Shown here: in pieces, positions 27,501 through 37,877 of the stretch
Numbering within the stretch: the first letter of the stretch is position 1
How the letters are laid out: every line of letters starts with the position of its first letter
DNA from: Tubiluchus corallicola
Taxonomy: Eukaryota > Animalia > Priapulida
Assembly: GCA_030141605.1 (NCBI GenBank)
Contig: JAQGDQ010000324.1
Span: forward strand, 62,001 to 126,000
DNA length: 64,000 bases
Direction: 5' to 3'
Program-made: the position numbers and the translations under genes
Notes under the pieces: model-generated
Database searches by the model: none
What the model was told of the DNA's origin: nothing
What the model saw: the letters and a program-made list of their open reading frames with translations, nothing else

Positions 27501-30500
27501 ACGAGTTCTTTTCCTAAAAGAAAATATTGTTGCTAATCTGAAAAACTCAAACTGTAAAAATACATTTGAATCGTTGTGGCACCATCCTATTTTTGGAAAG
27601 GCAAAAATGTAGAAGAAACAAATTAATAACTGGCCAAGAAATCAAATCATTAACACGAGTTATAATGACATTTTAAAATTCTTATTAGAATTTATTTATT
27701 ATTATGACCTTGCATCGATGGAAGACAGCACACACACGTAAGCAGGTTCCTCAATTTATTAACTTCAAGCACATCACCAGATTGCAAAACCTACTGCCAA
27801 TCTAATCTAGTTGACTATATCATCGAAGGTCAGCTACAACATCAAGTCTCTTAGAGGAGGTACCCCCATTACTACGTCTCCTCTTCGGCTTCGATGTTGC
27901 GTCTTACATTTTTCTTTGGAAATTCTTAATTTTTTTCCTTTGGGTCTCTCTTAACTTTGCATGCTTCATGAAAATGTTGCTTTCCTGTCAACTTCCAGAA
28001 GAATAGTAACAGATACTTTTTCCCACCAGCAAAGTGTGAGGTAGTTATAATTCAATCTTTAAAGAGCGGTATTCAAATTTTCACTTTGAAACTGCAACCC
28101 ATTACTTTGAGGGCTGTTCTCCTTACTTGGTAGAATCTATCACACAAGTTTGGGGTGATTTTGTATGTAATAACTGATTTCCGCAGCAAATTTTCCGATT
28201 TCAGAAATACTCGTTTTACTATATGTCATTGTTATCAATCTTACTGAAGTTAAGCCTGGTTAGTGGTTTTTTGTAGATTATTCTTAAACTACTTATAGCT
28301 CTTACACAAGCTATCCATTTGACATCAGTTATTTCATTTATTACAATGCTTTTTTTGTAAAAGTAGATGGCACTTTAGGGATGGCAGACTAGATGACCGT
28401 TTTGGTGTTTTGCCATCCCGGCATTCTTTAAATATTGTTGAACGTGCTATTATAGTTTTTTGTGTTTATTTGCAAGGCAAACAAATGAATCATTCTTATC
28501 ATTAGTAGGAAATGTTCTTTTTATAACTGTAAGTGTATCTCGTTGTCTTTGTAGCGGATGCAAATGGATATTAATTTTTTAACAGTTATACAGAAGAATC
28601 TTGAGCTTGAGTTAAGCAGCTTCCTGCTGTATTGACAATACTGCAAATCTAAATAAATATGTTTATATGAAAATTTTTTTCAATCTTTACATCATGCAGT
28701 TGAAAAATGAACACCAAATGAAATTTTTTACACTAGAAATGAAAACTGCAAATTATTTCATCTAAAATACTTCACTAATGCCAGTTATTATAAGAAGTCT
28801 CTTATAAAATATTTCAGAATGCGATTTCTAATAAAATGCTTGCTAGAGTCAACGACATTGAGACGTTCTCGTAGAGAAATACAGCCCAGACTTCAAAACA
28901 GCTTCCTTAACCAGCCGCAAACATGTAAATTTGTTTATCCAGGGCAAACACAGGCTTTATTCAGGCTACGTCTGCATGCAAAATTACACAAATTAGTTTC
29001 ATTTGGGGGGCCTGACTCCAAAAAGGTGTCATTACATCTGTTTCCGGAAGTAGACGAATGGCTGCAAAAACCACCGATTAACTTTCCGCGCTCGAACCGT
29101 CCAAGTTCACATTTACAAATTAAACTACTTTTCACAAAAATGCTCACGATGACAGGTATCTGGCACAGACCACAATATTTAAATTCCAACAAAGAGTAGA
29201 ACAAAATTAATCATTTTAGCAGGTAAAATTATATGTGTTAATTAATCAACATAGAACTTCCATAATTAGAGTGCCCAATTTATCTATATTCGGTAAAGGA
29301 TAGCAGACTAGGTGACTTTATAGTCCTTTCGCTATCCTTTCTAGACCTATCTATTCATTTTAACCATTCTTCAAAACTTATTAGCGATTCTTTTATTAAT
29401 CTTGTTTTATCGTTGTATTATAGAGATAAATAAATTGAAATTGAATTGAGTCGAATTGTCTTTTCGCTATCCTTTCTCTAGTTCTAGATCTATCTATTCA
29501 TTTTAACCATTCTTCAAAACTTAGTAGAGATTCTTTTATTAATCATGTTTTATCGTAGTATTATAAAGAGATAAATAAATTAAAATAGAATTGAGAAAAA
29601 ATTGAAATAATTATGCTTTTTACACACTACCATATTTTGAAAAAATTTTACTTATAATAACTAAAATGACAAATGGCATCTTGTAAGTCGCACAAATGGC
29701 TGCAATAGCAAATATGTAATATTCTGCACAGCAGGTATTAACTTTAATGAGATCAGTGATCTAGGTCCATCCTTTTCCAACGTTTACTTAAAATTAAATA
29801 ATAAATGAATAAAATTAAAATTTAAAAAAAAACTTAATCCCTTATTTAAAATAATCTAACTATTGTGATTTGCAGGTTGGTTTTAAAGTGTTACTTAAAT
29901 TTTTTTTAGAGATTAAATGCAACATTATTATTTGCTTCTGCACATTGAGAACGAGATCAGCTTGGAAATGATTGCCTTTGCTGGATGACCATTTTGAACC
30001 TCATACCATGTCAACTGACCCCCTCTTCTCTTCCTTCTTCGTCTAGAGTATCAACTCAGTACATGTATGTAGTAGATATACACATTTTTGCAACCTAATG
30101 TTCAATAAACATATCAAATAATTCAGCACTGTCGTCTTGCACATCATGACAGGAACCTTCCTAGCTCAATTTGCACCTATTTTTTCTATTTAATGATTAC
30201 ATTTTATTTTATTTGTTGGGTTCTTTTCTGCATAAGGAAAAATTTACAAACGCTGATCCACAAGTCTGTCTTATAGGATGTAGGTAACAGGTTGAACCTC
30301 TCGAAGGCTAAGTAATTATACTGTACTTTGCTCTCTGTGGACATTTTTTATAAAGGATCATAAATGCTGCTTTGTTTAAGTCAAAGCACTCACAGCTAGG
30401 AGTGAGCATTCTCTATGAAAAATTTCCATCGAATTTCTCACTTTCGAACTCTAATCAAGCCGAATTCCAAGATTTCGAATTCAATTTTAAAGAGTTTCGA

Positions 30501-33149
30501 ATCATTAACAAAAAATTGCAGAGATCATGATTATCGGTACATTTTGTTCTCCAGTACAAACACCAACAATTTATTTAAAGATTGTACACAGAAATCGCAT
30601 TTAGAACATGCCGATTGAGTGCTGTTTCAAACATTATAATGATAAAAAATGACCTAGATGAAGTAGCGGATTATTTGATACATAGTTTTAGGTTCGAATA
30701 GAATTCGAATTAAAAAACTCATTCGAGTCGAATTCGAACATTAATAATTTATTTAAAGATTTGCACAGAAATCGTACCTAAAACATGCTGATTGCATGCT
30801 GTTTCAAACGTTGTAATGATAAAAAAATTATGATGATGAAGAGATGAATTATTCGAATCCATAGTTACGGATTAAAAACTCATTTGAATCGAATTCAAAC
30901 GTTCTATCCTCAGCCCTACCCTCACACCTGTCACTGATAATAATGACGCTATTAAGAAAGAGTAACTAAAAGTCACTTATGCTGTGTACTCAGTGCAGTT
31001 TTGTTCTTAGCTTCAACAACCAGATATAAATCACTTTATCTGTAACTGTCAACAAGGCAATGCCCCCAAAGAAATATCACCAAACAAACAACCGAAATGA
31101 TAACCAACTGCTGAACATTTTCACAGTGCAAACTACATGTCAGCTACTCATTGCTACATGAACAAAGGCTACATCGTCATCCAAGTGAGTCACTACAGAT
31201 TTAATCCAAGGCGTACTACTTACTCATCAGCAGTAACATTCAGGTAATAACAAAACAGCCAAACTATAAAAAAAAATTAAAATACAAGAAATTGATTACC
31301 AGAGCACATTAATTACAGAGACTCAGTCAGATAATTGGCAGTTAATAGAAAAACAGGTGTACACTCCTTGGAGCTGCAGATAAAAATTTTGGGCTCTTTG
31401 GAAGGTCTATTTTCCATTGACTAAAATGATTTAATATCATTGGGCAACTAAACCTGTCAAATGATGGTGCCTTCATCTAACGAGTGCTTTTGTTTCCAAG
31501 AAGCAGAAATGGACTGGTTACTAAAGAAATATTAATTACGAGTTTTAAGGTTGCTAACATAATCTACTTGATCAACTGTTGATTTTCACTGAAGACAAAA
31601 GCTAACTGTGTTTTTAGCAAATTGGCTAGGCATAAGACTTTATCAGTCGAAGTTATCAACAAAATAAATACAAACGAGTATTACAGATAACAGGTGAACA
31701 TAGTTTTACTAAGCCTGGGACAAAGTTTGAACTTTCCAAGCCAAATCTGGAGGGAATCATTAACATACAGGATGTCTCAAAAGTCACCATATACCTTGAT
31801 TTCTAATTTTCTCTTAATTCCTCTAGACAAGCCCTTACGTGAATCAAAAGGGGTCTTTGGCAAATGTTTTTATTTTTTGACTTGAACACCATTGCTATGG
31901 CGATGACAGTAACATTAGAAATGAGGTCAAAAATCAGCCTGGCCCGAGGTCCTTTGACCATCAACTATAATTCAGTATAAGGACAACAGTATGCTTTCAT
32001 TATTAACAATGTAGTTTTTTGACAAGATGCAGAAGTACCTCATGAGCTGTGAGGTACTTTCTCAATGCAAGATAACATTTATCATTATTTTTTTTGATAT
32101 AGTAACTGCATCTAATGTAATTGCACGATTCAGACAGCTACCGAAACATCAATCTCAAAATTCATGAATTGCATCTTTTTGGGAAAAAACACCAAGCTGC
32201 TATGCCCTCTTAGGATAGGTCTACATCATAATAAGTTTTTTAACAACTTTAAGTTTCATACAAGCTATCGCGAATATTTTGCATGGCATGAAATGCAAAT
32301 TACCTATATAGCATAAATTACAATGGTGTGGCTAGCTATTAAATCAATTTGGCAAAACTATATATAAGGCCCTGGAAATAACTGTTCTTACATATAATTT
32401 AACTGAGTGTTATTGTCTTATTGATATGTAGATACAATCATACAAATAGAAAATGTGTCCAAGTGATACTATTGCAACTAAGTTTAATAACAGATGTCAG
32501 ATATCTTAAAAAGCTATGTAACCTTACCTGCTGTGGATAAAATTTGACTAGAGTATCGAAAACTAAACAACTTCACACGTTTGGTTTTCTGAGGTGGGCT
32601 TAAAAAAACTCGAGTTGCAAAGGTTCTGAATTTGGCTTGTTTGCAGTTAAATAATTGAAGATACAAGACCTTAGAATTTGCAAATTTCCAACACTTACTG
32701 TAATTTACAGTATTCTGTAAAATATGGTATGGATGTTACCGGGCAAACGTATCTTAGATCTTCATCATCATCATGCATACCCCAAAATTTTCATACAGCA
32801 GAAGCAGTATGTGTCAGCAAATTAGAATTTGGCAGCCCTAAAAGTGACGTCCTAATAGTAATAACTGCACAACCGGCATCCAAAAAAAAGCCTAATCACA
32901 ACTTGACACAAAATCACATGTAACATTGACACAATATAAAATGAAAAGAATCGAGAAAAATTTAATGAGATTATCAATTCATATCCATAATGTATGAATC
33001 GGAAACATATTATTACTCATCGATGTCGTTAACATAATGATTCACACCTTTCTTTGCTGTTTTTCCCAGGCAGGGTCGAGTAACAGGTCCCTCTCCCATT
33101 CGTCCTCCTGTTTCATGTAGGCCTCATCGTCGTTGTTGTTGGTAGTCAT
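406..33149 (-). CDS. ACTN: Alpha-actinin gene span (5' part: CH1, CH2, neck, spectrin repeats 1-2 and start of 3); continues beyond left edge
   Basis: 15 exons (using one of two 79-nt alternatives) with GT-AG boundaries join in frame to 1632 nt = 544 codons, starting [46 protein letters not shown]. Confidence 0.97.
861..1487. mobile_element. hAT-like MITE copy (same family as 10332-10897)
   Basis: Ends CAGGATGTTACCG...CGGTAGCATCCCT; internal similarity to 10332-10897. Confidence 0.7.
1524..1586 (-). CDS. ACTN: Alpha-actinin coding exon 14 (63 nt)
   Basis: tttag|[21 protein letters not shown]|gtaaa. Confidence 0.92.
2331..2376 (-). CDS. ACTN: Alpha-actinin coding exon 13 (46 nt)
   Basis: tgcag|(N)[15 protein letters not shown]|gtttg; phases fit both neighbours. 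Confidence 0.9.
3858..3949 (-). CDS. ACTN: Alpha-actinin coding exon 12 (92 nt)
   Basis: cctag|[30 protein letters not shown](N)|gtaag. Confidence 0.94.
4851..5673. mobile_element. hAT-like MITE with TAGGGATGTCACG TIRs, apparently inside the end of an older Tc1/mariner-like remnant starting near 4044
   Basis: Exact 13-bp inverted termini and subterminal GAATC/CGAAT repeats; no clear TSD. Confidence 0.7.
5795..5924 (-). CDS. ACTN: Alpha-actinin coding exon 11 (130 nt)
   Basis: cctag|(R)[43 protein letters not shown]|gtttt. Confidence 0.93.
6050..6702. mobile_element. Kolobok-like MITE (TTAA target), family K1
   Basis: TTAA|AGCACAAGAAAA...TTTTCTTGTCCT|TTAA; other copies at 22130-22813 (inverted) and 57430-58096. 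Confidence 0.8.
7020..7096 (-). CDS. ACTN: Alpha-actinin coding exon 10 (77 nt)
   Basis: tgcag|[25 protein letters not shown](R)|gtgtg. Confidence 0.94.
7141..7996. mobile_element. Tc1/mariner-pogo-type MITE with TA TSD, containing a nested hAT MITE
   Basis: TA|CAGCAAGTCCTCGCTTAATGAC...GTCGTTAAGCGAGGACTTATTG|TA. Confidence 0.8.
7201..7567. mobile_element. hAT MITE, young, nested
   Basis: TIR CAGTGGTTCTTAACCT; perfect 8-bp TSD TGCTAATC at 7193-7200 and 7568-7575. Confidence 0.92.
8996..9226 (-). CDS. ACTN: Alpha-actinin coding exon 9 (231 nt, spectrin repeat 1)
   Basis: tttag|[15 protein letters not shown]...[21 protein letters not shown]|gtaag. Confidence 0.97.
10332..10897. mobile_element. 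hAT MITE
   Basis: TIR CAGGGATGTTACC; perfect 8-bp TSD GTTATGGG. Confidence 0.9.
11209..11301 (-). CDS. ACTN: Alpha-actinin coding exon 8 (93 nt, neck)
   Basis: ttcag|[31 protein letters not shown]|gtaag. Confidence 0.96.
11809..11894 (-). CDS. ACTN: Alpha-actinin coding exon 7 (86 nt)
   Basis: cgtag|(D)[28 protein letters not shown]|gtatc. Confidence 0.96.
12062..12553. mobile_element. hAT-like MITE
   Basis: TIR TAGTGATGGGC; degenerate 8-bp TSD (AGGTAGTT/AAATAGTT). Confidence 0.7.
13514..13595 (-). CDS. ACTN: Alpha-actinin coding exon 6 (82 nt)
   Basis: accag|[27 protein letters not shown]|gtata. Confidence 0.95.
14326..15097. mobile_element. Foldback-like element with tRNA-like arms, interrupted by an hAT-like MITE (about 14530-14892)
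   Basis: Inverted termini TTTTTGAAACCA/TGGTTTCAAAAA; B-box GGTTCGAATCC on the minus strand near 14385 and GGTTCAAATCC on the plus strand near 15020; related copy at about 25453-25820. Confidence 0.55.
15542..15700. repeat. About 71-bp tandem duplication (about 2.3 copies)
   Basis: GGAAATAAAGTAGAAAAATTCCATCTACAATG...CATAGTACTAAAAAGTATGGTT repeated. Confidence 0.85.
15975..16053 (-). CDS. ACTN: Alpha-actinin alternative exon 5b (79 nt)
   Basis: ttcag|(S)[26 protein letters not shown]|gttgg; same length and phases as 5a. Confidence 0.92.
16239..16650. mobile_element. Tc1/mariner-type MITE between the duplicated actinin exons
   Basis: TIR about CACTCATATCTCGGTTTGCCGGAC with TA at the right flank; relatives at about 9422-9820 and 2645-2929 (inverted). 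Confidence 0.78.
17194..17272 (-). CDS. ACTN: Alpha-actinin alternative exon 5a (79 nt)
   Basis: tttag|(S)[26 protein letters not shown]|gtaca. Confidence 0.93.
17483..17748. mobile_element. Degenerate MITE with ACTCC subterminal repeats
   Basis: Begins CAAGGTTGTGGAGTTGG, ends ACTCCAACTCCACATCCCC; repeated (G)ACTCC units. Confidence 0.5.
18657..18744 (-). CDS. ACTN: Alpha-actinin coding exon 4 (88 nt, start of CH2)
   Basis: tctag|(E)[28 protein letters not shown](S)|gtacg. Confidence 0.96.
19695..19781 (-). CDS. ACTN: Alpha-actinin coding exon 3 (87 nt)
   Basis: tgcag|(E)[28 protein letters not shown]|gtatc. Confidence 0.96.
20933..21167 (-). CDS. ACTN: Alpha-actinin coding exon 2 (235 nt, CH1)
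   Basis: ttcag|[78 protein letters not shown]|gtaag. Confidence 0.97.
22130..22813. mobile_element. Kolobok-like MITE family K1 (inverted copy)
   Basis: TTAA|AGGACAAGAAAA...TTTTCTTGTGCT; reverse-complement similarity to 6050-6702. Confidence 0.78.
23465..23991. repeat. 45-bp minisatellite, about 11-12 copies, in actinin intron 1
   Basis: Unit TTGAATAATCACACTATGTAATATTCAGCTATTTAAAATACTCAC repeated head-to-tail without spacers. Confidence 0.93.
30397..30918. mobile_element. hAT-like MITE rich in TCGAAT (same family as 63600-63964)
   Basis: Degenerate TAGGAGTGAG...CTCAGCCCTA termini, an internal duplication, and shared internal sequence with 63600-63964. Confidence 0.6.
33048..33149 (-). CDS. 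ACTN: Alpha-actinin coding exon 1 (102 nt)
   Basis: [34 protein letters not shown], then donor GTGTGA. Confidence 0.95.
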
Positions 33150-33269
33150 GCTTTTTAAATGTGACGCGTAGATGCGTCAAATTTTCTTACAACACCTAAT
33201 GCTGAGGTAAATAAACTTTGCAAATTCAAAACAAAACAGAATTCAACCAACACGTAAAACACCAACTAA

Positions 33270-33360
33270 CGTGAAGGCCGTGAACGGCACTGCAGGGGAA
33301 GTCATGTGGCGCGGTTTTTAACCAATCAGCGTGCGTTTCCGGAGTGATGCAATTATATGA
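33270..33360 (-). promoter_or_regulatory. Probable alpha-actinin proximal promoter
   Basis: Local GC/CpG rise about 120-210 bp upstream of the ATG, with a CCAAT box (33322-33326) and an ETS-like TTCCGG (33337-33342). Confidence 0.45.
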
Positions 33361-35928
33361 AAACCTAAAAGAGCTATTTCAATGCCTGTGAAGTTTGAAT
33401 CTGAGGCCCTGAACTATTAAAGCCACAGTATCTGTGGAAAACTTTTGATGCAGTTAACAGCAATAACAGATACCAAACTTCAAATCGAGGGATTGGTCAG
33501 CTCTTACAAATTTGAATCGAGTGTACGTATAAAACCTAAGTTTAATTGTTTTTAAAGAGACTGATTCCAGATTCACACATTAACCACACAAAATAACAAA
33601 TTATTGATTAAGTATGCGTGTAAATTAAAACTACAGAAATTTGGCTTAAGTCGCACATTAACGGACATTCTACTGAACATAAAATTATTTAATTCGGTTA
33701 ATGAAATAAAATGCGTGGAAAATTTCTTTAAATGTTTCTTTGCTAAGTACTATATTCTTGATTGATTAGTTTGCAAACTATTTTGCAGTCCGCCCAATAA
33801 ATCGACAAGCCGCTAATCAATTGCTTATCGATAACGCTGCAGTAAGTTCTGAAAACATTTTTCCATAAGTATGTATTATCATAAATTCTTTTTTTGTTTT
33901 TGTCTCCGATAGGTGGCAGAATGGTGCAGTACAACTTGTACAACTAACACGAGCAAGAATCATTAAAACGAACCTGGAGCGAACTAGAGTGAACTATTGA
34001 GTTGATCTCTGTATACAACATGACTTCTAGTATGTAAGGACTCTAAAATAATTTAGTCGGTGGCCACCGGACTGCACAAACCACAAAATTCCTATACATT
34101 ATAGATCAAGATGTTGTATACATGTTATACAGCTTACACTAATTACATGCATATACAGATAGGTTGATTTATTATCCACCTGATTGCTACATTCCATACG
34201 TTCAATGTTAGTTCACTAAGCAATCCTATATTTACGTTAATGACTTAGTAATAGTACATATTTCGTAGGTAAATTCCTTCACACTAGATTATAAAAGTTT
34301 TCTTTTGACAACTGCGCACATGATTATTCATTAATGGCAACATTACTGAAAGTGTAGTTGACTTTGATAACTTTTAGTTCTTCGTATGCATACACTACCT
34401 TCCTACATACCTACCTACCTGCATACATACGTACGCAGACGTCGCAGAAATTAATTCAGTAAACCTCTTTTAGGAAAGCTTCATTTCTGTAAGAAGTTTA
34501 TGTCATAGATTTTTCTGCTGCTTGGATTTGCCTCAAGTCACCTATCATTTTGACGATATTCAGGGTAAACGTGGATAAAAAAACTCTGAATAGCACATCG
34601 GGGGAATGCAGACCTATGTGTTTTCCTTGCACAGATTTCGGCTATTATAATTGTTACAGTATTCCCATTGAAATGCGTAGAAACCATTGATTAAAATGGT
34701 AAAAAGTGGGGGAATAAGTCTGAACGCTTGCCAACTTGCATTCTAAAAAAATAATGGCAAAGAAGAAGAAAAACTCATAAAAACCATGTTAAATGAGTTG
34801 TATGAAGTTTGGAAATGGATGCGCTTTATTTGCTTTAAATGAGTTATACTTTGAAAATGTTTTCTAGTCGTTCTTTCAGCATACTAGAATTTATGCTGAA
34901 ATTAACGTTACCATTAATACAAAGCGTTTAGCTCTAAACAAACAAAAAATATTAGTCCTTGTTCAAGTGCTGAAATACTGAAAGACCTTCATAAATCTGC
35001 CAAAAACAGGGAGGATGTTTAAGTACTAGACATTGATTGCAGTATATTGATGGTTGAAATACTCAATCCCTCAAGTATCATCAGTACAGAAATTGTCTGA
35101 ATGGAATTGAATGTGAGGCTTTAATTGATCTATTATTTTCACCTGTCACTCAGACTTCCAGGGAAGATAAAACCGACGCAGGTAGATATGATCAGCAGGT
35201 GGATGCGGCAAGCGCACAGTATAATCAGCGACAGGTAAATACAGGTGCGATGAAGCCGGCTTAGTGTTGTGATTGTGCAGCAACCTATACATCAGCTCAT
35301 GCCTACATCATAAACCAGCGGAGTGACTACATGATTGTGTAGCTACGCTTTTTATAATTTTCTGTTGAAATAAAACACTTAAGTTACTCTCAGTAATTCA
35401 TGTGCAGTTTTTTCACCACTTGGTTGCAGTTAACCTTGAAAAAACCCGAAATCTGATGATTTTTTCAAACATACCGCTTCGCTTTCCGTGGTGGACACGA
35501 AAACAGTTATAACACTCTAAATTAAACGTGTCTATGAAAATTGGTGTTGAAAATGCAAACATTTTTTTAATAGGCACGAACGGAAACAACGAAAATGCTG
35601 TTTAATAATTAATAATAATATAATTATTATTTGGCTTGATCACGTAATATGCGATTGTAGTTAGTGTGTGACTTGAAGTGGCAGATGTAGTTCTGGAGAA
35701 CAATTATTACCATTAACAAATACGTGAAATAACAAACATCTTTATTCCTAAATAGCGAAGACATTAGCTTTGTTGGGAAACTATAGGTGGACGACATCCA
35801 TTTTCATCTGAAGTTCTAGAATGTGACGTTCGAGGAAGTGTTTTTACCACAGTACACATTTAGTGTTTAATTTTCGTTAGTAACTGAAATAGAAATTGAG
35901 AAAAAGCTTGTTCTTTCCTGGATATATC

Positions 35929-37440
35929 ATGGAAGACATATACAATGAAACTAGTGGCCATTTTAACCCGGAAGAAATCATTTTTCATTTCTTCAGCAAT
36001 GAACCAGCGAAGTTTGAATTTTCGCTGGCCGGGCGTCGTTCGGTGGCTACTTATCTGATGTTGGTGACTGTACTCAGCGTACTTTTTAACTCGGCGGTGC
36101 TCTTCGCAATAGCTCAAGTGCGACAACGCAAAGAACGCTTTTATCCAAACTTGTTTATTATAGAAATCGTCTCCATTTCGGACATGGCCACTGCTTTGCT
36201 AACCATACCGTTTTTGGTGGTGACGACAGTCAAAGACGCGTGGATATTTGGGGAGGTCTTCTGTAATTTGTCTGCTGGTTTGAATACGCTGCTTCTCTCT
36301 GGTTCTGTCTATAGCGTTTTGGTTTTGAGTGCTGAAAGGTACGTGTCAATAGTCAAACCTCATTTGTATAATAGTTTAATAACGCAGAAAAACTGTTACC
36401 TGGGGATGGGAGCCGGATGGACGCTGGCGGCCATTTTAACTCTTGTACAAATTTTAATGGAGAACTACTTTTTCTACCGCGGTAAATCAGGCTGCTTTAT
36501 GAACTGGTACTCTGGAAGTAGTAATTTGGTATTTAACTACCTACACGTGTGTGTTTACATCGTAACACCAATGGCGCTCATACTTGTACTGGATCTTTTA
36601 ATAGTCCGCGCTGCCAGACACCACCACTCAAACCCCAATCGGTTCTCAAACAGGAGTAACTCCATCGTACCGGTAGATGAGCAACACATGAACATATTAA
36701 AACGAGCTTCGAAATCAATCAGTTTAGAAGCCGATCACAAAGCCAATCAAATATCCTTGTATCAACTGAAAGCTGCCAGAGTTCTCCTAACCGTGGTTTT
36801 GTTTTTTCTCATTTGTTACACGCCATTTTGGACGGTGAATGTTCTCGCGTCGCTGGGGTACTTTGCCGGCGCGGTGATTCCAGCGAGGCTCGACAGGGTT
36901 GTGACTGTGCTCATCTACACGCACTGCTTTCTGAATGCAATGTTCTACGGATTCTCCAACCGTAACATCAAGAAGAGCTTGGAACGAAGCTGGCAGAACT
37001 TCAAGACTCAGTTAGCGTCACCTACCGCTTCCGTGACGGTAGGAGTGAGTACAGGTAACGAAGCGACGACACCTTCCCCGTCTCTGCCGCGGGGTGGTAC
37101 ACCCCTCTATTCCTCTTCAAGTGCTGTATCGACCATGGACATTCATGATCTATTTCGCAAGCTAGAGCAATTGCAAGGTAACCGACAACAACTGAAGGTG
37201 CAGCAAGGATCGACTGCATCTGTGCCAGCTGACATCCGCCAGGAAGACTCCCATTCAAAAGGAAACAATTCCATTGAACCCATACTGGATGTATACGCTG
37301 TGGCAAGAAACTGTATCACGCCTGATTTCAATTCAAGAAATCGCTTACAGCTGCCTCTACATGTGGTGACTGCAAAAAGTGAAATTCTAAACAAAAGTTT
37401 TGCAAACGACGAACAACAGGAACAAGGGGACCTTGACTGA
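35929..37440 (+). CDS. Intronless class A (rhodopsin-like) orphan GPCR, GPR161-like, 503 aa from first ATG
   Basis: Seven hydrophobic segments; WIFGEVFC (ECL1/C3.25), ERY, CYTPF in TM6, NAMFY in TM7, N-terminal NET sequon. The track ORF starts at a TTG; the first ATG is at 35929. GPCR call is secure, the GPR161 resemblance is tentative. Confidence 0.92.
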   Translation: MEDIYNETSGHFNPEEIIFHFFSNEPAKFEFSLAGRRSVATYLMLVTVLSVLFNSAVLFAIAQVRQRKERFYPNLFIIEIVSISDMATALLTIPFLVVTTVKDAWIFGEVFCNLSAGLNTLLLSGSVYSVLVLSAERYVSIVKPHLYNSLITQKNCYLGMGAGWTLAAILTLVQILMENYFFYRGKSGCFMNWYSGSSNLVFNYLHVCVYIVTPMALILVLDLLIVRAARHHHSNPNRFSNRSNSIVPVDEQHMNILKRASKSISLEADHKANQISLYQLKAARVLLTVVLFFLICYTPFWTVNVLASLGYFAGAVIPARLDRVVTVLIYTHCFLNAMFYGFSNRNIKKSLERSWQNFKTQLASPTASVTVGVSTGNEATTPSPSLPRGGTPLYSSSSAVSTMDIHDLFRKLEQLQGNRQQLKVQQGSTASVPADIRQEDSHSKGNNSIEPILDVYAVARNCITPDFNSRNRLQLPLHVVTAKSEILNKSFANDEQQEQGDLD

Positions 37441-37499
37441 AGGCTGCAAACAACATCAGATAATGATGGATAATAGCCAGTTGCTGGTGGATAACCTAG

Positions 37500-37877
37500 T
37501 TATAAGCATGGTCCCGTTTGAACTAATAACTCCAACAAAGCAGTTAACATAGAATTTAAAAATCTATTCTTTACATTTCGGCTATCCTAGCAGCCATCTT
37601 CAACAAATCGTAACCTACAAACAAAAGCAGAATGGATTTACTTTGGAAACTGAAATTGTAACCGCAAGAACAAACGCATTGCTTGTTATTAGTATCCAAA
37701 CTACTGTGCATTTCCTGGCTTATAATTTCAGTTTCTAAAGTAGATCCATTCTGTTTTCGTTTGTGGGTTTTGATCTGCTAAGGATGGTTGCTAAGGCAGC
37801 GGAGACGCCCAGAACCAATTTCTTGGCGATGATAACTTCTTACTTGTTGTTACTATTTCAAATGGGCATTCTTATAA
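37500..37877. repeat. Long imperfect palindrome (probable foldback MITE) about 60 bp after the GPCR stop codon
   Basis: Outer arms TTATAAGCATGGTCCCGTTTGAA / TTCAAATGGGCATTCTTATAA; inner arms of about 75 bp around CAGAATGGATTTACTTTGGAAACTGAAATT. Confidence 0.85.

Noticed and set aside
26870-30330. Coding gene or intact LINE in actinin intron 1 (including ORF 28819-29199)
   Set aside because: Only vague decayed retroelement-like fragments; no recognisable RT or endonuclease motif in an open frame.
35929-37440. Opsin or biogenic-amine receptor
   Set aside because: No Lys at 7.43 (it is Tyr) and no Asp at 3.32 (it is Asn).
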